A DNA stretch of 64,000 nt from Chara braunii (taxonomy: Eukaryota; Plantae; Charophyceae): NCBI GenBank assembly GCA_003427395.1, contig BFEA01000008.1, positions 5,570,925 to 5,634,924 on the forward strand, in the 5' to 3' direction. The translations under genes and the position numbers were made by a program. Position 1 is the first letter of the stretch, and the number at the start of each line of letters is the position of its first letter. The notes beneath the pieces are model-generated. The model was given only the letters and a program-made list of their open reading frames with translations. It did no database searches and was not told where the DNA came from. Shown in pieces: positions 13,522-26,499 of this stretch.

Positions 13522-13648
13522 AAAAAGGGTCGGCAAAGCGTGCCAACCCTATTGGAGGGTTCAGAAATTCTGCCAGCCATATGTCTTGATGTCCATACAG
13601 TGCACGGCCTAAACCATGCATGGCATATATAGCCAACTGGCCCTTTTT
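13522..13648 (-). pseudogene. U11: U11 (minor spliceosome) snRNA retrocopy, near full length
   Basis: Starts AAAAAGGGC; has hairpin GCATGGTTTAGGCCGTGC, the conserved GACATCAAGA, Sm-like AATTTCTG and 3' stem GGGTTGGCA..TGCCGACCC; short A tail; exact 16-bp TSD TTACAACCGTCCTTCT at 13499-13514 and 13655-13670. Confidence 0.85.
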
Positions 13649-14305
13649 AATCTATTACAACCGTCCTTCTAAGCTGAAGGGAATCCACTTTTTCAGTTGC
13701 AGTGCAGTGACCTCCTAAGTGCAAGGAATTCCCTATTCAGTTGTAAAATTACTTGTAAGTTGTGAGTCTTGTGATACAACGAACTGATACGTTTTCGTAA
13801 CAGAGTATGACGCACACGCTCATCAAATCCGTAGATGTTGCACGTTATTCTGTACCACTGTGGTTGCGATAATCGGCACGATAGAATTTTAGAAGACTAA
13901 TCCAGGCCAGGAGATGATCAGGAGATCATATTCTGCCGGTACTCGAGTATTGTGCATATATGCCATACAACATAGGAGGATGATAGGACACTTGAAGGCC
14001 TGACAAAGGGCCTGTTGCGTTTAGTGAAGCCGTTATGCCGTTCTCAACACAGCAGCAGTCCCCTAGACATAACGCATGTGTTGTATCCAGTTTCCCTTAA
14101 AAAATATCCTTCTTTCTTCAAACTTGCACATTTCGTTCGGGCTGTACGTCACTTCAAATCGAATGCATATGCGTTGTATTCAAATGTATGCTTCGTAGCT
14201 GAGTTCATCGCACTTCCTTCTGATAAAAATCCGCTAATATTCAATAGAACACGAAAACGTTCTTTTCATCACGCAATTGCATTGTATTGGGGTAAGGCAT
14301 AACGT

Positions 14306-14307
<2 letters not shown>

Positions 14308-14393
<86 letters not shown>

Positions 14394-14437
14394 NNNNNNN
14401 NNNNNNNNNNNNNNNNNNNNNNNNNNNNNNNNNNNNN

Positions 14438-14488
<51 letters not shown>

Positions 14489-14530
14489 GCGCGCGCACAC
14501 GCACGCACACACACACACACACACACACAC
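14308..14530. repeat. (CT)n / gap / (CA)n microsatellite
   Basis: Direct inspection. Confidence 0.95.
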
Positions 14531-16194
14531 AAAACATGAAAGAGTGTTTTTTTGTGCACATGGAAGTGTGTTGATGGCCGTGCACGCTCTATTGACGCAG
14601 TGTTATCATGGGCTCTAGGATGTGGCCAAGAAAGCATGAATCTCATGTGTCCTCATCAGAAAAGGAAAAGAAAGGTGGAATACTAGGATCAAGCAAAAAA
14701 CTCTTTATCATCCGGACTCCACTGGACTAATCAAAGGTGAGAAAGAAAGTCAGAAAGAAAGTCAGAAAACCATGGAAAAAAGGGGCCTTCAAAACTGAGC
14801 CTAGATCCGACCAACTAGTTTTTCAGTCTTCACGAAACTTGGCTCCCTAATCTTCAACTTCTTTTCTTTTTCTTTTGTTTTCCCCAAACACAATGCCCCA
14901 TCCATTCTGTGGGGCTGCAGTCCGGTTGCTTATCACTGGCAAGCATGGAACAATAGTCGAGGTAGAAGAACAGCGGCAAGCACCGCCCCATTCCCCTGTC
15001 ACCCTAGATGCTATGCAGGGGGAGCTGGGGGTGCAGTACAGCGGCTCATGCCTGCATTACCCCACCCGGAGCTAGCATAGTGGCCAGGTATCCTCTCGCT
15101 ACCCAGACACACGCCATGCGTGCCCCGGAGAGCCAGGATAGGGCCGCCGGACTGAGCTTCCAGTCTCATGGTCTCTCGTCATTTCACACCCATGTTATGA
15201 TCTTGGTTGTCTGACGATTTTTACCGCCACTCACACACAGACAATCTCATACACGCCCATACATGCATAAGAGAAGGGGGAGAGGAGACAGAGTCCACAC
15301 TGCACACAGATCAAAGTAGGCAGCGAAATACAGCTATGCACAGATGGGAAGAAGACACACCGTGTTTCTCTCTCTCTGACAAACTCCCAACAACCAATCA
15401 CAACTAGAACCTGCGAGGATAACAATTGAAATTNCACTGATGATGAGCCAACTCAAACAATTGTCGTACCAGAGTTTGTTCCAGTATCTCGCCACTCTCA
15501 AAACTCACACCCCACTCTCTATCCTACACCCAGTTAGTAGCGCCACATCACAATGGCCTCCCAGAGGCCAGCGCCAACCACCCTAATGAAGAACAGGTCC
15601 TGCGATGAAGTCTTCAGTGCCGATGGACAACTCTGACGAAGGAACAGGCAGCTATGGCTGCCCCCACCCACGAGTACACAGTGTAGAGCCTCGATGTAGC
15701 CCGACCAGACGCAGATACCCTCAGGGGTAGATGCGCTGAGGATGCCCCAGCTATGGCAGACTCAGACTGGGCCGACTATGGCTGCTGTCAACGGCGAGGT
15801 CTCAGGATGCCGCCTGCAGACAGTCACCGCCACCAACTTGCTTGGCTTCTCCAACGCTGCTTCACGAGAAATGAACTGCCAAAAGTCTTGAACCAATGGG
15901 CCTAACCTATCTATCGACTACACTAGACCTAGACCGGACTGACTGACCAACCGGTACCGTTTCTGTTTTGGCCTTTCGGCCTCTACCGGACCCGGCTATA
16001 GGCTATAGGACCGTCTATCAGCATAGGCCACTTAGGGCCTATCTGTCCTAGGGGTAGCCCGGGCCTGCTATACGCAGTTAGGGTAGCTGTAGGAATTCGA
16101 GTTAGTACAGGGCCGATATTTTTCCCAGATTTGCAGATATGTCCCTCACGAATTTCCTTACAGGTAGGTCTCTCAGTTAGCCGTCAGTCAAACG

Positions 16195-19139
16195 AAATTA
16201 CGAATCTAACCTAAACTAGGACCCAACCGAGGCGCCCACGCGTCACCCTCGGCCTACTGTATAGTCCACTAAGAATCTGCAGGTTTCATTACATACTTAC
16301 CCCCCCGGGGAGAGCGGACCTCCACGCCCATACTTCACTTTCTGGTAATGATCCAGCAGATGAAGGGGGTTATGGAGATAACACTCCTGCCCGAAGAGGA
16401 AAACCTGAGATACTCACGGGGTAACCTATGCCCCTGATCTATGCTGTAACAGCAAGGTCAGGAGGAGGCAATCTCAAAGTGTCAGTTGGTCTCGATTGCA
16501 TCAAGAACCACGGATAACCTGGTTTTGACTATTACGCAATCGACCACTTCTGAAAAGTTGAGATCCGCGAACGACACCCTATTGCTGCAATACAGTTCCT
16601 ATGCTCATGACCTCCACAGTAAACTGTGATGCCAGTAGAAGGGAAACTCGAAATTGCTGGTTATAGTCGTCGGACCGGGTGTGTACCCCTTAGTAGACAT
16701 AAACCAGATGCAAGTCGGTCAGTAGAACTGAAGGACTGCAATAAGAGATTACGAGTAGAACAAGCAATCTCACCACGTGACATATGACTAATTATCATCC
16801 AGGTTGGCAACAATAGATGTGTTGGTGCTCAACTTATCGAACAGATAAGGAGCCCGGGCAGGATGTTGAAGGCCTGGGACAATAACACTCGCCACACAAT
16901 GTCGGGAAAAGGGAAAGATTGATAACTAGCAGCTAACCCTGATTAGGACATTGAGTGACGCCAGAATTTGCACCTGCAAATACTGACAACTAAAACTCCC
17001 ACAAGAATGAAAGATAGTGAAGATTCAGGATGTGAATCAGCACAGGAGGAAGGAATTGTGGTTTCCACCTCTCTCATGGATCAGGGATAGGGTAGGGTGA
17101 GTTCATATTTGGTTTCCCTCTTGTCCCTTCAGCTGAAGGAAAGGGAGAAATCATCTGAGCCTCATGCTCCTCTAGTCCCTGATCCGGGTCAGGATCCTCA
17201 TAAAAGGATGCTGCCCGCGCAGCCCCCAAACAAACATTGTCACATACAGCCTCAACTGAAACAGCTGCAGATTCACCTACCTGAGTAGCTGAAGGTGCAG
17301 CATTGGGGGGAACTGCAGTCCCCAGGGTCTGTTTCAGTTTTTTGACTGACCTGGGTCTGGCATGTAAGGGCAGCCCCTTAGGAAATGTTGTCCCTCACAT
17401 CTCAGGCAGACCCCTCGCTCCTTCCTTCCTCTCCAGATTCCCTCCTGGATCTTGAGGTCACGCCAGGGGAGTGTGGAGGGATTGAGAGGGTCAGCTGGCA
17501 TGCGGACGTCTTTGGGCAGGTTAGGGCGCTGGGAAGAGGAAGGCCGACGTCCCTTATCCTTCCCCTTGGCACTGGCTGAGGCTGTGGTGGGGGAAAACTT
17601 CGTCAGACAACCAAGATCATAACAGTTGGTATCAGTGCAAGATTGGAATTGGAACACTGAGGGTTGAGCGCACTGGGGCATCTTCTTCAACTGGCGACAT
17701 ACTGATGAGACCTTCATGGCGATTCATCTTCCCCAGTACTGAGGCAGCAGGGAAGAAGACTTTCAGCGGTGGATTCAGGTGTTCAGTGTGTGTACTGAGC
17801 AAGTGCACTGAGCCTGTCAGGGCGCTTGTCAAGAAGTGGGAGTACAGGGCTATTTCGCCATAGCCAACCCTGGGAGTAGTATTGCGAAGTACCCCAGAGT
17901 GGCGAATTAACCCTGAGGACATCAGGGAACCCTGAGCGGCATCATCCCTGCGTAGCGCTGGAGGAGATTGACTGTATATATCAATCTCCAGAAGAAATAA
18001 CCCCATCTGGGGCTATTTTTAGCATCAGCGGCTACCAGCCACTGTGGCGAGATATTTTGGTGTTGGCATACTGGGCGCCACAGGACCTGATCCAGTGTAT
18101 CTGGGTTAAGGGAGTGCAGCGCTACAGGATCCTGAGGAGGATCAACAAGTTGGAGCAGTTCTGTGCGTGGGATTGTTAGGAGGAATATCTGGAAGAATTG
18201 GCGAGATAAGGATCATCATCTGCCATAGCCAGATCTTCATCAACACCTGCGAGATTCTTTGAAAGTGAGTCTGTTCCATGCACCTACCTGCATAGCGATC
18301 CAGATAGAGTTAGATTAGTCAATTATAATGGTCTATCTGTCTGTCAGTGACTGGATGTGAAAATCGCAGACTGCATGACAGCCATAGCCATCTCTCCCCT
18401 ACCTCTCTCTGCTCATTTCTAACCCTCTGTTGACTCTTTCTTATCCAAAATTGTTCTGTGACTGCTGTACTGCATTGCGATTGATCTGGGATGTTCAAAT
18501 TGTGAATTCTGCACTGGAAAGGTAGTGATACTGTGAATTCCAGTTTTGCGTTGTCTATTTATAGCCTGTGCTAATTAGGGTCAGTCATAACTTCAATTCT
18601 GTCCGTCCCCAGTGAATCGCAAATTGAAAATAGACAGTGCTGCATAATCGCATGATTGGATTTACAGTATTTCACTGGATACAGTGAATACTGTACTTCG
18701 CCATACCCTAGGGTATGGCCGCCAGAGTCATCAGGGTCTAAATTGGAGTCTGAGCTAGGTTACAGGGTGTCTGTCTGAATTGCTTGATTGGGTTGACCTC
18801 TTGTCTGTACTAACAGTGAATACTATACTTCGCCATACCCTAGGGTATGGCCGCCAGAGTCACCAGGGTCTAAATTGGAGTCTGAGCTAGGTTACAGGGT
18901 GTCTGTCTGAATCGCTTAATTGGGTTGACCTCTCTTGTCTGTACTAACCACGTTCTATGATTCTCACTGATTACTCTTGTCTTCTAGTGGGCTTTGGAAA
19001 TCTAGTGTCTCTGGAAGAGTAGTGGACAGTCTCTACTAACTTTACGAATCTGACCTAAACTAGGCCCCACCGAGGCGAGGCCCACGCTTCACCCTCGGCC
19101 TACTGTACAGTCCACTGAGAATCTGCAGGTTTCATTACA
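16195..19139 (-). mobile_element. Degenerate LTR retrotransposon: two LTR termini around a gag remnant
   Basis: About 95-bp direct repeats ending ...GAATCTGCAGGTTTCATTACA at 16293 and 19139 (TGTAATG on minus). G-rich PPT-like tract next to 16293. ORF 17334..17717 has a CLRCEGQHFLRGC knuckle. Confidence 0.7.
18681..18947. repeat. 132-bp tandem duplication, each unit with a 20-bp perfect palindrome
   Basis: Units start at 18681 and 18813; GCCATACCCTAGGGTATGGC in each. Confidence 0.9.
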
Positions 19140-22100
19140 CCCATATCTCCAACCTGCTATCAGTTCCAGCCCATTATATGTTACTACCAAGCTTCATTGC
19201 CGTCTTATATCTTCTACCAACCTCCCCTACCTCACTCGTCAATGGTCATTCAATGAAAAGACACACAAAGCACAAAATTCCCCCCCTGCCCATGGACTCC
19301 ACTACCCTCGTATACACCTTCCACCTTTGCACCATCCGCTTATTCTGACCGCTGGTTTCCATCTCCCAGCTTTTCCTTAGTTATCTCATTTCCTACTTAT
19401 CCCTCACCTATCCCTTCCTCAACTACTTGGGTGGCCCTCCTCCTCACCTCCCCCCCCACTTCATCTTACACGGGCCCCTACTGTAATTCTACCACTAGCT
19501 TATAATACAAGGTGACCTGGACCCTATTAGACCCCTACTCATCCACATCAACCACGTACTTTTGCAGGATTGGTCCAAAAGTCAGATTGCCAGTCGCCGG
19601 ATCCTTCTTAACCAGGCTTAAATAGGCCCCAATACCCTCCAGAACTTGCTATCATCATTTCATTCTTTCCGTCTTAAATAGGCCCCAATACCCTCCAGAA
19701 CTGGCTATCATCATTTCATTCTTTCAGTCTACACCTCCGCGAAAAAAAGGGCCACTCTCAGGTTCTCTCCAGCACCCTATTCCTCATTCCCTGCATAGTA
19801 AACTCCTTGCCCTGTCGAATCCTTTCATTCCGGAGTGTCCAGGTTGCCCAAAGGACCGCCCCCCATTGATCCCAGTAGATTTGCCACATCATCTTCCTCG
19901 GTAGCCATCCACGGAGAGGGCTCCTTCATCTCTTTAGCCCACCACTTCCAAAAATTCGATACCACTGGGCAATGCACGAAAACATGCGGGATGGTCTCCA
20001 CCTGTCCACACCCCAGGGCGGAGCAACGCTCTTCGGTGTGCTGGAACTTGGTGGACAACCATTGTGCCGTTTGTACTGCAGGATAGTAGATCAGCCATAG
20101 CAGCCCTGCCTGCTTTTGATCCTGCAAGGACTTCAGTAGTACACACTGATCTTGCCATCTGCGGTCTGACCATCTAGCCATCCATGCCTGGGGAATCCAG
20201 TCCCTTTTGGCCCATCGATCTCGCAGTTCCATAGCAATATCCACATTCATGAGCAGCGTGTGATAGATGGCTTTCGGGGTAAGCTGCTGCAATGGGATGA
20301 TCTTCTTGTTATAGTTCTGGGGGGGGAGATACCACTCCTGTGTGTCAATTACCAATCTGTGCCTTGTTTTACTGAGACAGAAGAGGAGTACTCTTTGTCG
20401 CTTAGTCTGCCCCCCTTGCACACTGACAGTCCCTACCATCGCCGGGTCGAGGCGGCACAGGCGGGTCAGTCCCACCTGGCCGGCTCATCGTACCCCGAGC
20501 TCACCACCCATTCCATAGCTTCCAACAGATCCCCTTGTCACCCTTTTCCTATCCTGTACACGACCCGCGGGTGGAGCTACTTTTTCCTCCTTACCCAGTC
20601 CCCCTCCCGCTGGCCGCTCTCCTTCAACAAGTCCAGCCATTGAGTCGAGATTGCATCTCTCAGCTCCCGCAGCTGTTGGGGCCATTTAGTCTGCCAGGGG
20701 AGTCTGTCATCATCTCCTCATCTGTTCTCCAATCACCCCATCCCACAGGTGTCCCACCTTGTACACCCCCCGTTCTCCCCATACCTTGCCACGGAAATGC
20801 CCCCCCCCCCCCCCCGTCGCAGATGAACCTATTATCGAATAGAAGCTGATTAAGGACCACGTCCGCTGATTCCGGCAATCTGCATTGGATCGGCATCCTG
20901 TCTCTCCATAGTGTCAGCAAAGTGGGCCATACTGCCCTCCGCTGAATGTGGCCCATGAAGCTTGCACTGGTAGAGCACAGGCGCAACACCTCCGGCGGTT
21001 TTCTCAGTGCATAGGCTACATGCTGCTCTGTTACTGCCCTCCATGGCTCCCCTGCCACCCTCAGGAGTAGCCAAACGACAGTGCTCAATTGGAGGGTGAT
21101 CATCTGCAACCTTGAATCCAAATCCTAAGCCCCCCACTCACCTCGGTTGGACCAACTGCGGCCAAAGCCACACTACATATGCAGTACTCCGCCCCAGCGT
21201 CCAGATCTGTCTTTCCTTTCCACAGGTATGTGTGGATCGCCCTCAACTGCACGAATGTGCGTCTACTGGCCAGATGAATGGCTCCTGCATACCATAGGGT
21301 GGAAAGTACCAAATTGTTGATCACCAGAGCCTTACCAAACACGCCCAGGCTGACCCATGAGCTTCGCCACCGGAGCTGTCATCTGGACTGTGTCCCCATC
21401 CACCGGGGAGACCGTTACCCCCCAAAACCCACTGCCTCTTTGTTCCCGAAGGTGGGAATATCCCAGCCCAGCGGCAGGTGCATACCCTGCAGCAGAATAG
21501 CACAAGACTTACGCAGATAACCCTGGCGCCTGAGTACTTACAAAACGTCTCCAGGTCGGCCTTCAAGTAGCCCAGCTGCTGCTCCGTTGGGGGGATGACT
21601 TCAGCCATTGGTCTGGGCCCCTGCGCAGGCCTTGCAATCTATCATCATGCCTCAACATGGCGTGCAGGGCCTCTATATAGATCACGTACAGTGCGGGGGA
21701 CAGCGGGCAGCCATGCCTCACCGATCTGGTAATCTCAATACCCTTGGACCTTACTCCATTAACCTGCATGTAGGCATGGGTGGGTGACAGCAGGGTTCTG
21801 ACCCATCCTCTAAAGATTCCACCTATGCCTCGCCATTCCACAGGAACTTCCAGCGAGCCCTGTCATATGCTTTCTCCAAGTTGATCAGCACAAACGCGAG
21901 CTGCTGACCCCCACTAGCCGGTTCCTCCAAAATCAGGCGCACCAAAAAGATATTCCAAAATCAGGCGCACCAAAAAGATATTCGTGACTATCTGCCATCC
22001 CGTCACAAACCCAGTTTCCGTTGGGTGGATCAGCATCAGAAGCATTGCCCCTAATCTATTCACCAGGCTCTTGGCCAGGACCTTATACATGGCATTTAAT

Positions 22101-22500
22101 ACCGAGATGGGACGCCAATTGCGCACATCGTCCTTGACCCCCTTTTTATAGATCAGGACCACGTATGCATCGGCGAAGCCCGGTGGAAGCGTGCCATGTC
22201 AAAGAGCCTCATTGAAGGCTTCCGTAAGGAGCAGTGTGAACGTCTTGCGATACTCTTTGTAACACTCCACTGGGACTCCATCAAGCCCTGCCCCCTTCAA
22301 CCTCAGTACCCCTGCAATCGCCCTTTCCACCTCCTCTGGCCTGAGGTCTGCGTCCGGCTTAGTACTTCCCTCCAGGTTGCGCCGAGCTCCTGTTGCCAAC
22401 CATACTGCCTCCTCCAGTGCTGCAGCCATGTCCCCCCAAGCCCAATCCTCCTACAAAGATGCTGCAGAACTCTCAAAGGCCTCTCCACTCCAAGAGAGAG
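19140..22500 (-). mobile_element. L1/Tx1-type LINE ORF2 pseudogene (RT, zf-RVT, 3' UTR)
   Basis: LIYKKG..NWRPISVLNAMYKVLAK (21914..22162); RSVRHGCPLSPALY (21563..21841); CSALGCGQVETIPHVFVHC (19825..20475); many frameshifts and small tandem duplications (19617-19725, 21926-21982). Confidence 0.9.
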
Positions 22501-24609
22501 CGTTTGGGCGCCTACAAGGTTGCTGATTCAGCCTGAGATCCTTTGCAAGTGGCAGAAAACAAAGCATTCCATGCCGGACGATCTGGACAAGCAGCAGGAA
22601 ATCGAAGCTAAATTTGCAAGAGTATGGCTACTGGGAGGCATGGTAGCAGACAGAAATGGCTTCTGTATACGGTGGAAAGATTGGCAGAATTCAGAAGGGG
22701 GGCTTGGAAGGCAGAGGTCTCAACCAGCAGACCGGCAGGACCCAATACGGACCACATAAGCTGGATGACATGGGAGAGAGGTGGGCACCAGCGAGAAGCA
22801 GTCAACAACCTATAAAGCCAGAGTTCCAGCAGGAAATCCCCGGCATTTTCAGGGCTGTTGGCTTCCAAAATTATTAATCCTTTCTTGTTGTTCATGTAAA
22901 ATCTGACAGGTTTGGATAAACAAACCTGAGAGGAGAGGTAGAGGAAAGGCAAGCTGACAGTCAATCCTCCAGGCATCTGGAGTAATCAAGGGGCCCTTAG
23001 GCCAAACGGAAGGAAGCATGAGGGTGTTCTTGTTGTAATTCTGACTTGCCGATGGTATAGGAACTGGACTGATGTACCAACGAGCCCATCTCAGTTGGTA
23101 CACCCATGAACTGTTGAAATACAGACTCAAATTCGAATCCGGATACAATCAGATGCCCAGAAGAACTCAATTACCTGGGCCCGGTCAGCTTCAATGGTGA
23201 TATCAAAAGGCCGTCACCCTCTTTTTTAAAAAAGGAAAAAACCAGAACGGGACTGATGCTCCCCAGAATGGATATGGAGCCAGGGCCATGAGGACCTGTT
23301 TTATTTAATATATGTGACAATATATATGATTATATATATATATTGAATTTTGAAAGGGTTTCACCCAGTTCGCGCGACAATCACAGATGCGAGGACTCTA
23401 TCCCTGGACCTGCCCTAACCCCTTGTACAGACGCCCGTTGACCCTGTGTGCTTTGAACCCTCGACCTGCCCCTCGAAACATGTACAAATGTTTTGTGTAT
23501 GTAGCTTGGGTCGTGTGGAGTTGAACCGACTACCTGTCTATTAGCAGTCTTAGGGTCAGTCCGTAGGTCTAGCTCTACGACCTTCGAAAGGTCAGTCTGT
23601 CGTAGTCTAGACAGTCCTTGAAGAGTCAACTTGACCTTTCGAAGTGCCAGGAGGCAGCCCATCGGCCTCCGAAAGGTCAAGAGTCCTAAGTCAAACACCG
23701 AAGGGGCAAACAAAAGGGCAATCCCAGTCCAGTCCGTTTTCGCAGCAAGTACCAGAGCGGGACTGCACATCTTGAGGGCCTGGGACATCGGCAGGCCCAG
23801 ACCACCAAACGAAACAGTATAAATAAAGAGGCAGCGATCAGTCATTCACTTATTATCTGGGGAACTACGTGGAAGCGCTGCCCGAGTGCCTTGTGTGTTA
23901 AGTTCACTGGTGGTCAGCAAGAAGCCCAAAGGTGGAAGAGGGCGAGCGGCCATAGCTGCTTGTGAGGAGGAAGATGACGGCGGCCATAGCCGCCAGTGTG
24001 GTGAAGTCAGTAGTTAGTTAGTGTGTGTGTATGTGCGTGGACATTCAGCGTAGATCCTAGTGCGTGTGTACGTGTGTCTGATGGTGAATACAGTGTTCGG
24101 GTGGGATCCTCAGACTGGCGCTCAGACGCCATACCCACAAGATGTGACAAGTGTTTTGAAAGCCATATCTCTGAGTTTTCTGTGTGGACGCACTGCGCCA
24201 TCTCACTCTTTGTTGCTGATCCTACTTTGAGGAAGCTGCTTTGTCATCGGCCACCTGCATGTATGCTTGTTGTAAGCGAAGTCGAATACAAGTCTGATTT
24301 CATTGGTAGCAGAGCTGGTTCCTGTTGTCTGCGCAAGCATCGTGGAAGTGAGAGGGGGACACACGCGAGCAAGGAAGACCGCCATAACAGACGGCAGCCA
24401 TAGCTGCCAGCTTGGAGAAGAGGAAGAAAATTGACGAAAGAGAAAGTGACAGGAGAGAAAGAGAGGTGACACAGACGAAGGTGGTAGCAGCAATAGCTGA
24501 CTGAGAAAAAGGAGGAGTCAGCCATAGCCTAGCTTGAGGACGAGGAAGAAGAGGGCGAAATTGCTGAAGTTGACAAAGGGAGAGGAAGCCACTATAGCAG
24601 GGTGGTCTG

Positions 24610-24815
24610 ACGGTTGACCAGTGAGCATTGACTGGCGAGAGTTGACCGACGAGCATTGACCGGCAAGTGTTGACCAGCGAACGTTGACTAGCAAGAGTTG
24701 ACCGGCTAGAGTTGACCGACGAGCATTGTCCGGCAAGTGTTGACCAGCGAGCGTTGACCAGCAAGAGTTGACCGGCGAGAGTTGACCGGTGCAGTTGACT
24801 GGGTTGACCCTTGAC
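24610..24815. repeat. Degenerate minisatellite, about 14-bp unit (GAGTTGACCGGCAA-like)
   Basis: TTGACC recurs about every 14 bp. Confidence 0.8.
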
Positions 24816-25361
24816 CAAGCTTGGAGTGTGGAGCGAGGAGCAGTTCAACCTCTTCAAGCCCTGACCCTTGTCCTTTTATGCTCTCTGGATGTTGCACACT
24901 CACCTCGGTACTTGCTGCAGTGAAGTCTATCTTGTAGAGTTTGTCATCTCTTTCTGCTTTGAGACACTCCTGTCCAGCTTGTTGTAGGTTCCATGCATGT
25001 GGTCTGATAGAGGCTGAGGGGCCAATATCTGCACGAGACTTAGTAGGGGTGAGGTGTATCTGACGCTAGACGACCTGGGAGAAAAACCCAAGGACCGGTA
25101 CAGACCGGCAGGTTGCTCTGGGTGGTACACTATACCTGAACTCCGAGCTGCAGATTGCGCGTACAGTCTGTCTAAGTCTTGAGAGAACTCTTGTTGTGAT
25201 CGTCGTCCTGACTGCAACGTTAAATAATTCCTGAGGAGTTAACTCACTCTTTATGTGGTTGTTTGAATCAATTAACTTAGATTCATTGACTCCAGTCAAT
25301 GAATAACTGTCTTGACGCCAACTTTGGCTGGATTTAGGCTCGCCAAAGTTCAGATGCAAGA

Positions 25362-25421
25362 GGCGAATAACGGGAGTTGAACCCGTGTTTTCAAATTCAC
25401 AATCTGACACTTAGACCTATT
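25362..25421 (-). tRNA. trnH: Mitochondrial-type tRNA-His(GUG), 5'-truncated fragment
   Basis: Reverse complement: anticodon arm TCAGA-TTGTGAA-TTTGA, T arm ACGGG-TTCAACT-CCCGT, 3' acceptor TATTCGCC; 5' acceptor strand missing. Confidence 0.85.
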
Positions 25422-25536
25422 TTTCCCATCCTTACTTCTGTAGGTTTGCTGGTAATAGGAATATCTGAAAAAACTCTCACCCATGTTTTACCATTTCTCC
25501 GAAATTTCCTGGTGATGGCACGACGCGCCGCTTCAA
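25420..25536 (-). pseudogene. rpl16: Organellar ribosomal protein L16 fragment
   Basis: Hand translation [38 protein letters not shown], the uL16 signature. Confidence 0.92.
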
Positions 25537-25539
25537 GCC

Positions 25540-25574
25540 TAGCGGTGGAACTCTTGACTCTATTCGTGTTTTGA
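25540..25574 (+). pseudogene. atp9: Group II intron 3' end and 11-nt terminal exon of mitochondrial atp9
   Basis: ...CTTGACTCTAT|TCGTGTTTTGA reads (F)VF*, the atp9 C-terminus. Eleven nt is what remains of a 225-nt CDS after position 214. A stem-loop GTACCCGTAA..TTACGGGTAC follows. Confidence 0.65.
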
Positions 25575-25679
25575 TGAAATTATGTACCCGTAAAAAATGG
25601 TCGGGAAATCCTGGCCTTACGGGTACCACCCTTGAGTTAGTTTTGTTGTTTCTGAAGCAAGTTCCTGGGCTTATAGTTT

Positions 25680-25902
25680 AATCAAAAAGAGTTGCAAACA
25701 CGAAGTGGTCCGTTCCACCAAGAGTTCATTCGATGGTGACCTAATTTACTGGAGTCTTAGGTTACAGAAACATTTGAATTAAATTCATACCATAAGAAAG
25801 AGCAAATATCAATATAGATTCCGAGAAGAGCCATATGAGGCGAAAGTCTCACGTATGGTTCGGAAGCCGAGCCATATCAGCAATGAGATGGTTTAGGTTA
25901 AC
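25680..25902 (+). ncRNA. Group II intron 3' part: maturase C-terminal remnant, domain V and domain VI
   Basis: KHEVVRSTKSSFDGDLIYWSLR remnant; DV GAGCCATATGAGGCGAAAGTCTCACGTATGGTTC at about 25828-25861; DVI ends ...TTAGGTTAAC. Confidence 0.88.
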
Positions 25903-26079
25903 AATCGCTTTTTTAGTCTTCATAACGCTAAATTGTCTATACCATGTTGTGTTTCCTATATTTGTTTCCAACTATGTGGCGAGCCTCCAGAGGCTCGCTA
26001 GAGGCCTTCGTCGGCTCTCGCAAGAGTCGAGCCTCTTGGGATAAGGTAAGGTATTGTTTTAGACATGTTCTGAACAATG

Positions 26080-26347
26080 TCGGTCCATTCACACCGAGAA
26101 TCCAATCTTTCTCATATCGAACATAATAGACTCGGACTTGTTCAATTATGAAATCACTATAAAAGTATGATAATTCTGTTTTACGCGCTTGAATCAAAGT
26201 CTGTATTTTGTTTTGAGAAGCTTTGCATACCTCATTCAATTGAATGTTTAATTCAAGCAGAATAATTTGACTGAACATTTTGGGATCTCGTTTGATGAAA
26301 AATGCTATTAAGTCCAAAAACTTTTGATCTTGAATTCGTGATAACAA
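26080..26347 (-). pseudogene. Degenerate group II intron RT/maturase fragment (copy 1)
   Basis: RIQDQKFLDLI...YVRYEKDWILGVNGP; the YADD position reads YEKD. Confidence 0.8.
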
Positions 26348-26499
26348 GGCGCCGCTTATACACCGAGCTTCGCCGTATATCTTTAGTTAGAATGGTTTCT
26401 TACAAACAGTTCCAATGGGCGCTTTATTAAGAAATTAAATTCATTTATTGAATATAGGGTAGCCTGCTATTCATTCATTCNGCCGATTAGGCGAGGCTA

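Noticed and set aside
14234-14646. ORFs made of ER/SL/HT/CV repeats here and at other gaps
   Set aside because: They are translations of microsatellites and N runs
15437-15465. Minimal hammerhead-like motif CTGATGA..CTC-AAAC-AATT-GTC
   Set aside because: The G of GAAA is missing and stem I does not pair; a single copy is at best a decayed relic
16293-16301. ATACTTACC, matching the U1 snRNA 5' end
   Set aside because: Only 9 nt and explained by the LTR end/PPT junction
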